From an uncultured virus (IMG/VR IMGVR_UViG_3300037067_002170) (lineage: Duplodnaviria; Heunggongvirae; Uroviricota; Caudoviricetes): a stretch of 64,000 nucleotides of DNA. The stretch lies in IMG/VR virus record IMGVR_UViG_3300037067_002170, positions 1 to 64,000 of that record; one strand, given 5' to 3'. This document shows, piece by piece, positions 1 through 11,200 of this stretch (the stretch's first letter is position 1; each line of letters opens with the position of its first letter). Below the pieces are notes generated by a model, which worked only from the letters and a program-made list of their open reading frames with translations, did not search any database and was not told the origin of the DNA. The translations under genes were made by a program, and so were the position numbers.

Positions 1-736
1 TCTAAATGCTGCGTCTAAGGGCGCGTTGCATGCGGGAACATTCTACGGTTCCAACGACACAACTAACGGGGTAGATGGCTCATGGACATCGTTATCCACT
101 CTCGCTGCTCTTGACGTAGATACTGGATGGGACGATACAGCGTTTGCGAATACAACAGCGTACAGATGGTATAAAATTTCTGGCACTCCAAACACTAGTT
201 CCTCGGTGCTTTGTGAATGGGAGATGTTGGAGAGCACTTCCTATCTTATTCCAACAGTAACCACTACAGACACTCCAAATGCACCGTCTATAAACACGGC
301 ATTCCCACCGGCGGTAACTACCACCGACACGGCCAATGCTCCTGGCTATGCGATAGCCATGAAGCCTCCATCTGTTACCACTACAGATACCGCAAATGCT
401 CCATCATGGGCAATCGCTTACACGGTACCAACGGTATATACCATTGATGTTCCAAGCACTCCATCAATGTCTGGAGCTGTTATTAGCCAGAGCATCGCCT
501 TCCCCAATCTATCCGGGAGGCAGGTGTCGTTGGAGTTTATCAATGCAGACACCTTGGGTGGTTCTGAACTATACCACATCCGTCTTAAGATGCTGAAGTC
601 TAACGATCACACTGACCACTATGATGACTTCCCGAATATGGAAGGCACGCACCTGGGTCTAGAGTTCATCCAATCAGCAGACGAAGATCTTACTCTTGCC
701 TATGCATCTATTGGCATGATGAGGAGGTCTGAATGA
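1..736 (+). CDS. C-terminal part of a virion/tail protein (5'-partial), probably the end of the tail tubular B/stabilisation-like gene that starts at 62263
   Basis: Frame is open from base 2 to TGA at 736. Four ~20-aa Thr/Pro-rich repeats (PxVTTTDTxNAP). Ends in duplicated FPN..G....LEFI segments. Confidence 0.6.
   Translation, partial: LNAASKGALHAGTFYGSNDTTNGVDGSWTSLSTLAALDVDTGWDDTAFANTTAYRWYKISGTPNTSSSVLCEWEMLESTSYLIPTVTTTDTPNAPSINTAFPPAVTTTDTANAPGYAIAMKPPSVTTTDTANAPSWAIAYTVPTVYTIDVPSTPSMSGAVISQSIAFPNLSGRQVSLEFINADTLGGSELYHIRLKMLKSNDHTDHYDDFPNMEGTHLGLEFIQSADEDLTLAYASIGMMRRSE
250..470 (+). repeat. 60-nt-period coding tandem repeat (PTVTTTDTPNAPS / PAVTTTDTANAPG / PSVTTTDTANAPS / PTVYTIDVPSTPS)
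   Basis: Visible in the translation and in DNA (gtaaccactacagacac, gtaactaccaccgacac, gttaccactacagatac). Confidence 0.85.
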
Positions 737-1938
737 TAGCACGCCAACGGGATAAGATAGCTAGAACTGAGACCGCAAGGCTCACCCAGATGTACGATGG
801 TAGCTATCAGGACATGCAGAGATCTACTTCGGAGAAGTTTGCTCAGGATAAACTAGGCAAGTTCAAGGAATCAGAGCACCAGAAGGTATATACGCAACCG
901 GAAGAGGATTATCCGGGAGTAGAGAACAATTTCACCCCATATGATTACGTGCCATATAATCCCAGCCCATTTCCAGCCAATGGGAAGCCCAAGCCTCGCA
1001 GACCTGGAAAGAAGCAAGGTGGTTACGAGAATTATAATTGCTGGATACAAGGACATTGTTGTGACAACACCAAGGGTGGGCCAATCGAGTTAATATGTAC
1101 GTATCCTTTTGATGGTCCATACAAAAAGCCAAAATCAGCAACAGATGTGTGGGTGAGAAGGAAACCAGAAGACAATCGAGCTATTATTTGCGCCAAAGAA
1201 GTTACCGATTCAAGTCCAGGAAATCGCTGCGAAGATCAATTCGATGATCTATGGTGCATGGTTTACGGACCGACCCACATTATCGAATGTACAGTTTTCA
1301 ATTTGGTCGATAATAATACAGGATTTTCAGAGTGTACAACCCAGCCAACGCTGTGTGTTCAATTATCCTGTACTCCATCAATTACTTCTACAACCAATCA
1401 GCTTAATGTTGGTGAATCAATTCAATTGACAGCTACCAATACTTGCCCAGAGAAGTCGTACTATTTTAAACTAACATCAGGCAAAGGCAAGGTTACTAAG
1501 ACCGGACTATATACTGCTCCAACTTCTAATCCTGGATGCACATCTAATCCGACTATTGCGCTGGTGTGTGATTGCCAGACGGTAGCCACGAAAACGCTGG
1601 CAGTGAACGCTTATGATTCTGGAGCTACTCCAGCTGTACGTACATATGGAGATTGCGTAGCTGTATGTATACCAGATATTGGATGCACTCCACAGGCTGG
1701 TGGTTATGCGGCCATATCTAAAAAGGCATATGAATATAGCTGCAATGGAACAGTGGTGCTTGATGATCTGTGCAATGGATGTTCCACTGGATGCGGGGGA
1801 TGCCTGTGCCCTCCCATAGCAACTATATGCGCAAACTGTAATTGTGCCACACCTGTAGCTGATTGCCTTGGAGCTGCTGGTGATATACGCACACCCGCTA
1901 TGATTGCAGCTGGATGTTGCCCATCACAGTTACTGTAA
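733..1938 (+). CDS. Cys-rich virion-module protein with an Ig-like segment
   Basis: 401-aa ORF with ATGA overlap to the previous gene. About 30 Cys. 'LNVGESIQLTAT...GKVTKTGLYTAP' resembles bacterial Ig-like (Big_2) repeats. Confidence 0.7.
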   Translation: MIARQRDKIARTETARLTQMYDGSYQDMQRSTSEKFAQDKLGKFKESEHQKVYTQPEEDYPGVENNFTPYDYVPYNPSPFPANGKPKPRRPGKKQGGYENYNCWIQGHCCDNTKGGPIELICTYPFDGPYKKPKSATDVWVRRKPEDNRAIICAKEVTDSSPGNRCEDQFDDLWCMVYGPTHIIECTVFNLVDNNTGFSECTTQPTLCVQLSCTPSITSTTNQLNVGESIQLTATNTCPEKSYYFKLTSGKGKVTKTGLYTAPTSNPGCTSNPTIALVCDCQTVATKTLAVNAYDSGATPAVRTYGDCVAVCIPDIGCTPQAGGYAAISKKAYEYSCNGTVVLDDLCNGCSTGCGGCLCPPIATICANCNCATPVADCLGAAGDIRTPAMIAAGCCPSQLL

Positions 1939-1946
1939 AGGAGAAC

Positions 1947-2336
1947 ATGAAACGATTAACCGAAGAAGAGTTTAGGGAGTATACAGAGCGTGAAGCAGCC
2001 GTTCATCGAGCTCGTGGGATATTCATAAAGGCCGACATCACCAAGAACATCACGGTTGCATTTGAGATGTATCAAGCAATACTGGCAGAGCAAGAGCGTG
2101 AGATAAACATCGTGCATCCAAATGACAAGGTTGTATCAATCTTCGACACGTTGCCCCGCCCCAAGTGTGATCTATGCAACTCGGATATGACCCTGAGATT
2201 TTTGCCACCCAACTCCGAGGGTATAGTGAGCCAGGCGGTATGCACCAATTGCGACAATATATTAGACTTTGAACTTACCCCAGATCAATGGATTGAGTTG
2301 CTGCGAGAGGAGAATGTTTCATATGGATCTATCTAA
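1947..2336 (+). CDS. Hypothetical protein with zinc ribbon (CxxC...CxxC)
   Basis: AAGGAG RBS before ATG 1947; CDLC and CTNC motifs. Confidence 0.7.
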   Translation: MKRLTEEEFREYTEREAAVHRARGIFIKADITKNITVAFEMYQAILAEQEREINIVHPNDKVVSIFDTLPRPKCDLCNSDMTLRFLPPNSEGIVSQAVCTNCDNILDFELTPDQWIELLREENVSYGSI

Positions 2337-2511
2337 GTACATCAAAGGTAGGCGCAAGAAGGATGACCCACTACCAGGTCACACATTGACCGATAACCCG
2401 TGCCCTGGGTGTGGGAAGATGCTGATCCACTCACCACCTTGTTGTTCGTCACCATATCCAGCACTGCGCTGCAATGCCTGTGGCTACATCGAATATGAGG
2501 AATCAATATAA
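2323..2511 (+). CDS. Small zinc-ribbon protein
   Basis: GAGGAG RBS; CPGC...CNAC; stop overlaps the next start. Confidence 0.6.
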   Translation: MDLSKYIKGRRKKDDPLPGHTLTDNPCPGCGKMLIHSPPCCSSPYPALRCNACGYIEYEESI

Positions 2512-2858
2512 TGCCATTGACATTAAAGATATTCTTACTTATAGTATCGGTGGAGGCAATAGTAGAGCTATGGAGAAGAAGCGGCCCAACATATCACGTA
2601 AGGGAGTACTTGATACGCAAGACCCCGTGGTTGTACCATCAAGCACTACAAACACACCCTCTGGACTGCGGCACATGCCTGTCGGTATGGGCTTCTGTGT
2701 TAATAACGATATGGTATTTCTGGTGGGATACTATAATTCTGGATTTTGTGCTGGTATGGTTAGGCGTGACACGGCTATCGAATATTTTTCACACTGGATT
2801 TAGTTATATGCGAGACAAACAAATGGATCTAAGAATAGCACGAAGGACCGGGAGGTAG
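2511..2858 (+). CDS. Membrane protein, DUF1360-like
   Basis: Hydrophobic helices with CGTCLSVW, matching the CxxCxSVW signature of DUF1360-like proteins. Confidence 0.6.
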   Translation: MPLTLKIFLLIVSVEAIVELWRRSGPTYHVREYLIRKTPWLYHQALQTHPLDCGTCLSVWASVLITIWYFWWDTIILDFVLVWLGVTRLSNIFHTGFSYMRDKQMDLRIARRTGR

Positions 2859-2862
2859 AGTA

Positions 2863-3645
2863 ATGGCATACGAAGATGGTAGGCAAGAATATTACGATGG
2901 CACGTGGAATAGCGCAGGTTATGATACTACCGGTGGCAAGGGAATCTCGCTTCCAAATGCTAGAGGAGAGTATTCAAATGCCTATGGATATTCTACCTGG
3001 GCCGATAAAGAGTCTAGTGACAAATTTTGGGCACAGAACCGAGAGGACCAACTTCGCAGTGAGGATTTTAACCGTCAACTCACCCTAGCTAACAACCAGA
3101 ATGCTTGGAGTGGATCTGGTGGAGGAACCAGTAGTTCTGGTTCTGGAGGAGGGGGAAACTCAAGCGGTTGGGGAAATGGTAGCGGTTTCAACAGTTCCGA
3201 CTCCACAAAACTGCTAAACATGCTAAGAGATTCTGGATATGGTTTGGCTAGTTATACCCCAATAGCTGCACCAACATTTACTGCCCCAGAATACAACAAG
3301 TCTGGATACAAACCATATGCTAACGAGATGGCAGCTGGACCCAATAGGGAACTATCCAGAATCATCCAAAAGGTAGTGCTGTCTAGTTATGGCAAGCCAG
3401 CTCCACTCGCTAGGATGAACACGAGCGCTGCACTTGAGAAGGGCGCTGAGGGATTCGCTAATATTGGAGCCAAGGCTACCGAGTATGGCCAGCGTCAGTA
3501 TGAGACAGAATACAACAGAGCCTTCAATGCTGCTATGGCCAACTTCAACGCACAGAACCAGAACATCAATATACAGAATCAAGCCGGTTACAATAAACAA
3601 CAGACGATGGCTAGCACCATCATGAATTCATATATGATGGGATAA
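2863..3645 (+). CDS. Putative internal virion (DNA ejection) protein, Gly/Ser/Asn/Gln-rich
   Basis: GGAGG RBS; low-complexity composition; first of three increasingly large genes typical of podoviral ejection modules. Confidence 0.6.
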   Translation: MAYEDGRQEYYDGTWNSAGYDTTGGKGISLPNARGEYSNAYGYSTWADKESSDKFWAQNREDQLRSEDFNRQLTLANNQNAWSGSGGGTSSSGSGGGGNSSGWGNGSGFNSSDSTKLLNMLRDSGYGLASYTPIAAPTFTAPEYNKSGYKPYANEMAAGPNRELSRIIQKVVLSSYGKPAPLARMNTSAALEKGAEGFANIGAKATEYGQRQYETEYNRAFNAAMANFNAQNQNINIQNQAGYNKQQTMASTIMNSYMMG

Positions 3646-3655
3646 GGAGGATATT

Positions 3656-5251
3656 ATGCCAACCTGGGGAGAAATAGGAAATCAGTTACTTGCGGATACA
3701 GGGGCAGAAATAGCCTCGTTTTCACCCTTTGGTGGATTGACTGAGCAAGAGAAGAACGATTGGTATCGCATAAACGAGGCCACCAGGACCCCTGCCGCAG
3801 ACTTTGGGAATAAACTCACTAACATTGCTAGTACCGTTGGTGCTTTTACAGCTGCACCTACAGTGCTTCCGATGTGGGCAGGAGCCGCCAAGAACGCTGT
3901 TAGTGGTGGTCTTGGAATCCCCAGCCTTGCTCCAGGTGCTGCTGCTACAGAAATGGGAGCCGTTGGTATTCCAGGTGGAACCCCTACTATGATGGAAACC
4001 GCCAAGAGCATTGGCACCTCAGCATTGCCATACATAGGTGGACTGTTGGCTATGAATAGGGGAGGAGAAGCTACTCCAGTCACTTCAACGGCAAAGTCAA
4101 CCGGAGGTGCTGCTACACCTGGGGCCAAAGGAGCTGCCATCAATCCGACAGCAGACCCTGCATACGCTTCATATCTTGGTGAATACCAGAAGGCATACGA
4201 CCTTGGAGATTTTGCTGCTGCATATAGAGCAACCGATGCTTACTATAAATCAAAAGGGATTCCGTTTACTACTGAAATAGCGAATGGAATAGTTAAGGCG
4301 TTTAAGGCTAAAGAGGAAGCGTCTAATCCATCGACACCAGCCCCTGGCGCTCCTCCAATTGAAACTCAGAGAGGCCCCTCTCCGCAAGAGACTAAGGAAC
4401 TAGAGTTCATGAAGCACGCTATTGAGCAAGTGAAGCAGATTACTGGGGTAGATCCTAACCAGGACATAAGCAAGTTAGCGTTACAAAACATAAGTGCCGG
4501 ACCAATGCAAACCGCAAATGGAAGTTGGGTGTCTGGTAATGCGGCGTATCAATTGCAGTACGAGCAAAACTTAGCCAAGATCAAACCAGCATACGACTAC
4601 GCCCAGAAGATGGTTGGGGATATGGTGACCAGATTCAGGGCGATGAATCCACCTGAGGCTGGGCATATAGTGAAAGAGAACGAGAGATACATTGCGCCAG
4701 GAACCGAGGGTACTGGAATAATCGAGGGGAACAAGGTTCTTAAACCTGGAGAACAAGTAGTTCCTGCTGGTGGTGGATCGCCCATCGTGAATCCAAACAA
4801 ACCAGCAACAACTCCTCTTACATCTGCTCAATTAGATGCTCAAACGTTGGCTGTGTTCCCAAGGATAGACACTGTTGTGCGTAGCCAGATATCCAAAGAC
4901 CCTGCTAAACTTAAAGCACTTGATGATGATTTAAGAACGGCAGGGCTGATTACAAACAAAGAGGCAGGAGCGCAGGCAAGAATCTCTGCTTATAAAAAAG
5001 CAGCTCCATCGTTATCTGGTGGCATAGACGGACTATTCCGTACTATTAAGGACGAAATGCACGGTTCGCAGAGGATGGCGGGAACCGCTGTCCCGACTAC
5101 AAGCACTCCCTCTCAGGGCGTATTCTGGAATGGCATGAATGGCCAGGTAGGGACTGGAACAAAGAGACCGGGAGAGAAGTTCTTTAGATCGTCAACTGGT
5201 AAAACTTACGACATGAAAACCAACAAAGAGGTAGACCCCTCAACGATATAG
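3656..5251 (+). CDS. Putative internal virion (DNA ejection) protein
   Basis: AAGGAGG RBS; 531 aa, Ala/Gly/Pro-rich; position before the giant protein. Confidence 0.6.
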   Translation: MPTWGEIGNQLLADTGAEIASFSPFGGLTEQEKNDWYRINEATRTPAADFGNKLTNIASTVGAFTAAPTVLPMWAGAAKNAVSGGLGIPSLAPGAAATEMGAVGIPGGTPTMMETAKSIGTSALPYIGGLLAMNRGGEATPVTSTAKSTGGAATPGAKGAAINPTADPAYASYLGEYQKAYDLGDFAAAYRATDAYYKSKGIPFTTEIANGIVKAFKAKEEASNPSTPAPGAPPIETQRGPSPQETKELEFMKHAIEQVKQITGVDPNQDISKLALQNISAGPMQTANGSWVSGNAAYQLQYEQNLAKIKPAYDYAQKMVGDMVTRFRAMNPPEAGHIVKENERYIAPGTEGTGIIEGNKVLKPGEQVVPAGGGSPIVNPNKPATTPLTSAQLDAQTLAVFPRIDTVVRSQISKDPAKLKALDDDLRTAGLITNKEAGAQARISAYKKAAPSLSGGIDGLFRTIKDEMHGSQRMAGTAVPTTSTPSQGVFWNGMNGQVGTGTKRPGEKFFRSSTGKTYDMKTNKEVDPSTI

Positions 5252-5260
5252 GAGAGAGTA

Positions 5261-8200
5261 ATGGCTTTCATCCCAGATGGACAACCAACTTCTTCCGATG
5301 GATTTGTTCCTGTTGGAAACGAAACGCTTGGAACTCAAAACGACTTTGGTCTTAGTGTTGGAAGCGCTGTACCCACTCAACCAATAGCTGCGCCATCGTC
5401 TCCAGGCTTTATCATGCCTAAGATCTCAGACATACCTAGCGGCTTATATGAAGGCATTACCCGAGGCATCCCTGAGCAGATCGGGAAAGCTCTTCAGTTT
5501 TCCGGCGTAGCGCCAGAAACTGGCAAGCAATTGGCCGATTGGGCTGAGGCTGGGAAGAATACAGATCCAAAAAGTTTCGTAAGAGAGGGAGCTGAAATGA
5601 TCGGCCCCTCGGTAGGTGTGGCTAGTGGCCTATATTACGGAGGGAAAGCACTATCTGCCGTTCCGCACCCCGCAGCAAAGATTATCGGGGTAGGGATGCA
5701 AGCATTGGGTGGATATGCAGCTCCTGCTGTAATGGGGTTGTCCCAAGCTCAGCAAACCAGGGAAACAGCTCAACGAGCCGGGGTTCCAGAGGGCTATGCT
5801 CCTGTCGTTAACGGAATAATCGAGACTGCTGGAGAATTCTTTGGAACAAAATATCTAGGAAAAGCTTTTGGATTGATGCCAATTCCAGAGGGGGCGAAGG
5901 AAACGTTCAAGTCTTTCCTTAAGGTCATGCTAACGAAGGTTGTCCCTGTGGAAATATTGACAGAAATGGGTCAGGCGTTTGGGCAATCGTATGTTGAAAA
6001 ACAGCAAGGGATCAGGCCGGATGCTAACCCGTTAATGGAAGCCCTTGATGTTATTGGTCCCACCTTGGTAATGACAACCCTAATGGGGGCTGCTGGTGCC
6101 ACACACAAGGCATATAGAGGCGACTTCGCCAAGAAGGATGACGTTCTGGCTCCAAACGCTAACCTCGGTCTCGATGCCCAAGAGGATGGGGCAGTTCAAG
6201 TACCAGAGGCTACCATAGTGCAGCAAAAGGCAGTCGATCCATATACCATGACCCCAGAGACGCAAAAGACATGGCAGGATATCATTGCTGGTGAAGCAAC
6301 CAACACTCCATCTGCCGCCACTAAGTCGGTTGCTGTAGATCAAGAGGTTGCTCCTCCGGGAACCATAGTGCGTGCTGGTGAACATGATTTTGTGATTGAT
6401 TCTCATGCTCCAGAAGGAGCTACTGGCCGCAGAATGTTCAATTCTATGGAGGGTGGACTTCCCGCTGATGCATCCGATGCAGCAAAGGCACTATACAACA
6501 GAGCTCAGAGTGAGCTGGAGTTCCTCAAGCGTCAGGGATCTGAGGTCAATCCTGATAGTGTAGTCGAGATGCTAGCAACTGATCCCAAAGCTCCTCCGGT
6601 ATCTTCTGAGGAAGTAGCATCGGTTATAGCTGCCCTAAACAATCCAGCTAAAGCTGTTACTAAATATGGTGAACCAGAAACATACGGTCACGATAAGCTG
6701 ACCATGAAGACAGAGAGGATGGTTCCTCTTGCACAGAAGAATCTCACCATAGAGGAACTCCAGGCGTCCAAACCCAAGACGTTCATTGACATAGTTAACT
6801 TCGTTGCTGCCAAAAAAGCCGAGGGGATGAATGTCAAGAGCGTAGTTGATATGCTCAAAGACGAAGATGCAATGGCATCGTTCTTGCCCAAGGTTGCGGT
6901 TAAGGAAAGGCCATCTCTGAAGTTCCCTAACGCCAAAGAATCTTCGCTAAAACAGTTGAAGCCGAAGACGATGGATGAGATCGAAGAGGCTATTGATGCT
7001 GGAGCTAAGTACGAAGACGTTACCGGCAAGGATGGAGAACGCCATATAGACTACTTCCCGAAAGAGTTGGGGTATCACTTCAAAGATAAGGACTACAAGA
7101 GCGATGCAGAACGCGAGATAGACACCAAAGAGAAAATCAATATCCTCAAGGAGAAGTTGAAGTCTTTCTATAAGCGTAGACAGTTCAAGATGGATGAAGA
7201 GAGATCCAAGCAGTTTGGGTTAGTATCTCAGCAGACTCCAGAGGAATTCACCGCTAAGAATTGGAAGCTCTACCAAGAGAAGGATGATAAGGGCAAGATT
7301 AAGTTCGTTGGTATTGCTAGGATGGCTCCCAAGTTCCAAGGGACTACTGCCAAGTGGATAGGCCCTAAGGTTGAGGAATCACTTAAGGTGGTTGCTGCTG
7401 CATCCAAGGAGCGTAGAGCAGCGCTACTTAAAGACGTACTTGCTACACTTAAGACCTTCGTGAGTATGGGGAAGATAGTCAAGGAGACTGTTGCGGTCAG
7501 ACCCGGAGAGATCAACCTGGTTGATGATCTCCAGAACTACATTGATACACACAGAGATACGCTGTCTGCTGAAGAGATTGCTAGTTACGAGGCACAGATT
7601 GGTGGGAAGAAAGAAGCTACGGAGAAGGAGCTAGAGTCGCTATTTGGTCCCGCTATAGACGGAGAAACTTCTACGTTTGATATAGAGGGGTCCACTCCTG
7701 CTGGTGAAGGATTTGACATGAGCCTTGCAGCTCCCAACGTTAATGACTTTGGGGTACGCAAGTCTATGGCTGTCGGTCAGGTTATCCAGGATATCGAGTC
7801 CTATCTTGCTGGTAAAGGGAAATTGAGCAACGAGAGATTCCAGGCAATCATCTCCAGCATGATCCGCTTTCAGGGTGGTCGTGAGATCATCGACAACTTC
7901 CTCAAGGGCAACAAGACAGCTACTGAAGTGATCCAGCAGGCGAAGGTAAAGAAGATCGTTGAGGCTGGCAAGAAGCAGGACGCAAAAGATAAAGTACAGA
8001 TGGAGAAAGCTGCTGCAAAGGATGAGGCCAAGAAAGGTAAACCTAAAGAGAAAGCCGCTACTGCACCCAAGATAGAGTTCACCAAGGAGCAATGGAGAGA
8101 GTATGTCGAGAAGGTGCGTGAGCTCTATGGTAAAATGTTTGGCAAGGACTTCAGCACTAAGAAGGTTGCTCAGATCAAGGATGCTGTTGTTGGGAAGATT

Positions 8201-11200
8201 CCTAATGGCAAGAAGAACGTAGTTACCGAAGAGCAGTTCAAGGCTATTAATACCCGGATACGAGAAGACATGGCGGGAGTTTCTCCAACTGTTGTGGCTA
8301 AAGAAGCACCAGTTGTGGCGGAAAAGAAAGAGGTCGCTCCTAAGAAGTCCAAAGAAGAGCGCACTGCTGCAATGCTTGCTGGCAAGGAGAAGTTCGCAGA
8401 GATGCGGATGAAGGCCAAGGCTCTCAAGATCACGGTTCCCAAGGGTACCAAGATGCCCCAGCTCGCAGAGATGATAGCCAAGGCAGAGAGTGGGGCTACG
8501 GAAAAGGGCAAGCCTAAGAACAAGGGTAAGGCTAAGGTCGCCAAGACCACGCCCGAGGAACGTAAGGCTGTTGCCGAGGCTCAGGTAACCGTTAAGGGTA
8601 AGCCGATCAAGGGAGAGGTGTCGGAAGAAGAGACTCAAAACAACTTTGATGCAGTATTTGGAGTAAGTGGTGAGGCTAAGCCTGCTCTTGCTAAAAAGGA
8701 GCCGACTCCTAGTTCACCCGCTAAGCCGATCGTCGATCTGGGGGCATCCTCGAAGGCCGAGGCGAAGAAGCCTATGGTTAAAGAGGTTGCGAAGACTATC
8801 GAGGCCAAAGAGTACAAATCGCTACCCGAAGGTAAGGCGCTTCGCAGCGTAGAGCTGAAATCTCCTGAAGCTGCCCAGAAGATGGTGGATAATTTTGTCA
8901 CCATGCAGGATGGGGTTAACAAACTCAACTACGAGATCGCCAATATCGGTGGCAAGTACTATGTGATTAGTGATGCCAAACCGATGAAGGTTGTTAAGGT
9001 TGAACCGGTTGTTCCAATTTCCAAAGAGCGAGAGGCGAAGAATAGAGAAGCGCAGATTGCCAAGCAGAAGAGTGCGATTAGGACTACACTTAGAGAAGCA
9101 ATAGCTACTCTTGATAAAGCTAGAGACATAGGAGACCCCCCAACCAAGGCAGAACTGGACGAGATGACCGAGGTCGTGTATGCTAAGTTCAAACAGAAGG
9201 GTGAATCACCAACTCTCACTAATCTGATTGCGTATGCAGCTCAAAAGATCCAGACTAAATATGGATTGTCTACTAGTAAGCAGGCTAATGCTGCTATGGA
9301 GACAATGGTTAAGCAGAGTATATCTCAAGAGATCGCAGATGTGTTTGCTGCTGAATCTGGACGAGGTGGTGCCACGTCCACTAGCGTTAAACAACTATCC
9401 CGCGAGGAGGAGATCGCTAAGCTGGCTGAGGAGCAGGCACTCGACGCCAGCGATGAGTCGCTTCGTGTGACCGAGATACCCGACATTGACAACCTGACTG
9501 GTCGGGAGATCTACGAGTTCATGCGTAAGGATATTGAGAGTCGTATACCGCTGGTTAAAGATCCAGTTACTAGAGACCAGATGAAGAACATGTTGAAGAT
9601 TGATTTGTCTCGCACCGGAACTAGGTGGAAGGATGCTAAGAGCCATATCATCACAATGATGGATCGCTTTGGAAAAACTGCTCGTCAAACTATGGCAACA
9701 GAGTACAAGCTCAAGGTCATGGATTATGTCAATCAAATGAGCATGGTTGCTGTTCGCCTACGACAAAATCCAGCCATAGCTAAGCTTATAGCTGGCATGG
9801 TTAAGGACAAAAAGTCTAAGAATTACATAGATGATTTCGTATGGACCATTAGTTCTCCATTTTACTATTCCAGTAAAGATATTGATGCTTGGTTTAAAAA
9901 GGTAAAAGATCCTACTCGTAAAAGAACTGACAATTCTATTATATCTAAAGAGAATTTAGTTTGGATAGGTAAGCACTGGGCATTGCGTAAGGATATACAC
10001 AAAGGTAACAAGAATCCTGTATATTATTATCTTGCAGAGCTGACTCCCGAACTGCGTAATGAGCTGGGGATAACTGATGAGGCTGTAGATGCAGCATTGA
10101 AGAGCGACAAGGCTGTTTCTCGTCCCAAGATGGGCGACAAGGTTATCTCGATTACTACCGAAGCTGGCAACTTCGAGTTAATCATTAAGCCTGGCAAGGT
10201 ATTCGTTGCATTCGACAAGGAGACCCTCGCCAAGGATAACATTAAGACTACACTTATCAATGCTGGGATGGAAACTGCATATCGTGGTGATACACTTGGT
10301 GAATCTAGGTTAATCAGTGCCAACGATATCTTAAATCGCAGAATCCCATTTAGCATCACCGTTGAGTCGCTCCAAAAAGAACTTCCAACTGCTACCCATA
10401 TCACTGAGAAGTCTCCAGGAGTATTCCACGTTGGTTGGAAAGGGTTTAGCATAGAGATCCGCAATGGAGAGGTCCAGTACTACGCTAGAGATAATGGTGA
10501 ACCGGTTAAGATCAATGGTCGCTGGAAGATCAAAGAGGGCGGACGCCCTATCATTGAGATATCAAAACTGGCTAAGGACCTGAAGGATTTCAATGTTACT
10601 ATACGCCATGAGATCTTGCACATGGTATTTGATATCTACCTCACCAAGAGCGAGCAGAACAGACTCTATGATATGTATCGTACCAACCCAGGGCAATCAC
10701 TCAAGGACATCCAGGAGTTGATAGCTGAGGACTATGGAACATGGATGCCAGGGCTAAAGACTGCTGAAGAAAAAGCTACGCTATTCACCAAACTGATGAA
10801 TGGTGCTCGTGATCTCCTCTGGAAGATGCAGGGTGTGTTCACTGGTCGCCAGAACTTTTCCACCAAGGATGAGTTGTTTGCTGCCATTAGATCGGGTAGG
10901 ATATTTAATCGCCCACTACAACTTAACATCTCGCTAACTCGTGTTCCTAAGGGACAGAAGATTGCGGCATTTGGTGGTGGTGAGTTGCCAACTACCATTA
11001 AGGGCATCCTTAGCGATCCAAGTCGTGATAGCAAGAGAGAGTGGGCAGGACCTGTAAAAAGAATCCCGCTCATGAAGACGCTAGAGTCTAGCGGGATTAT
11101 AGACTACAGCGAGCTGGAAACCAATGAATCATTGCGTAGGGCCACTGGTCTTGCAGCCACTAACCAGGACAGCATAACCACCGATCGTGCATGGTACGAT

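Noticed and set aside
7640..8638. 332-aa antisense ORF and other minus-strand ORFs inside the giant gene
   Set aside because: Leu/Phe/Ser-rich mirror of the Lys/Glu/Ala-biased sense codons; no RBS or motifs.
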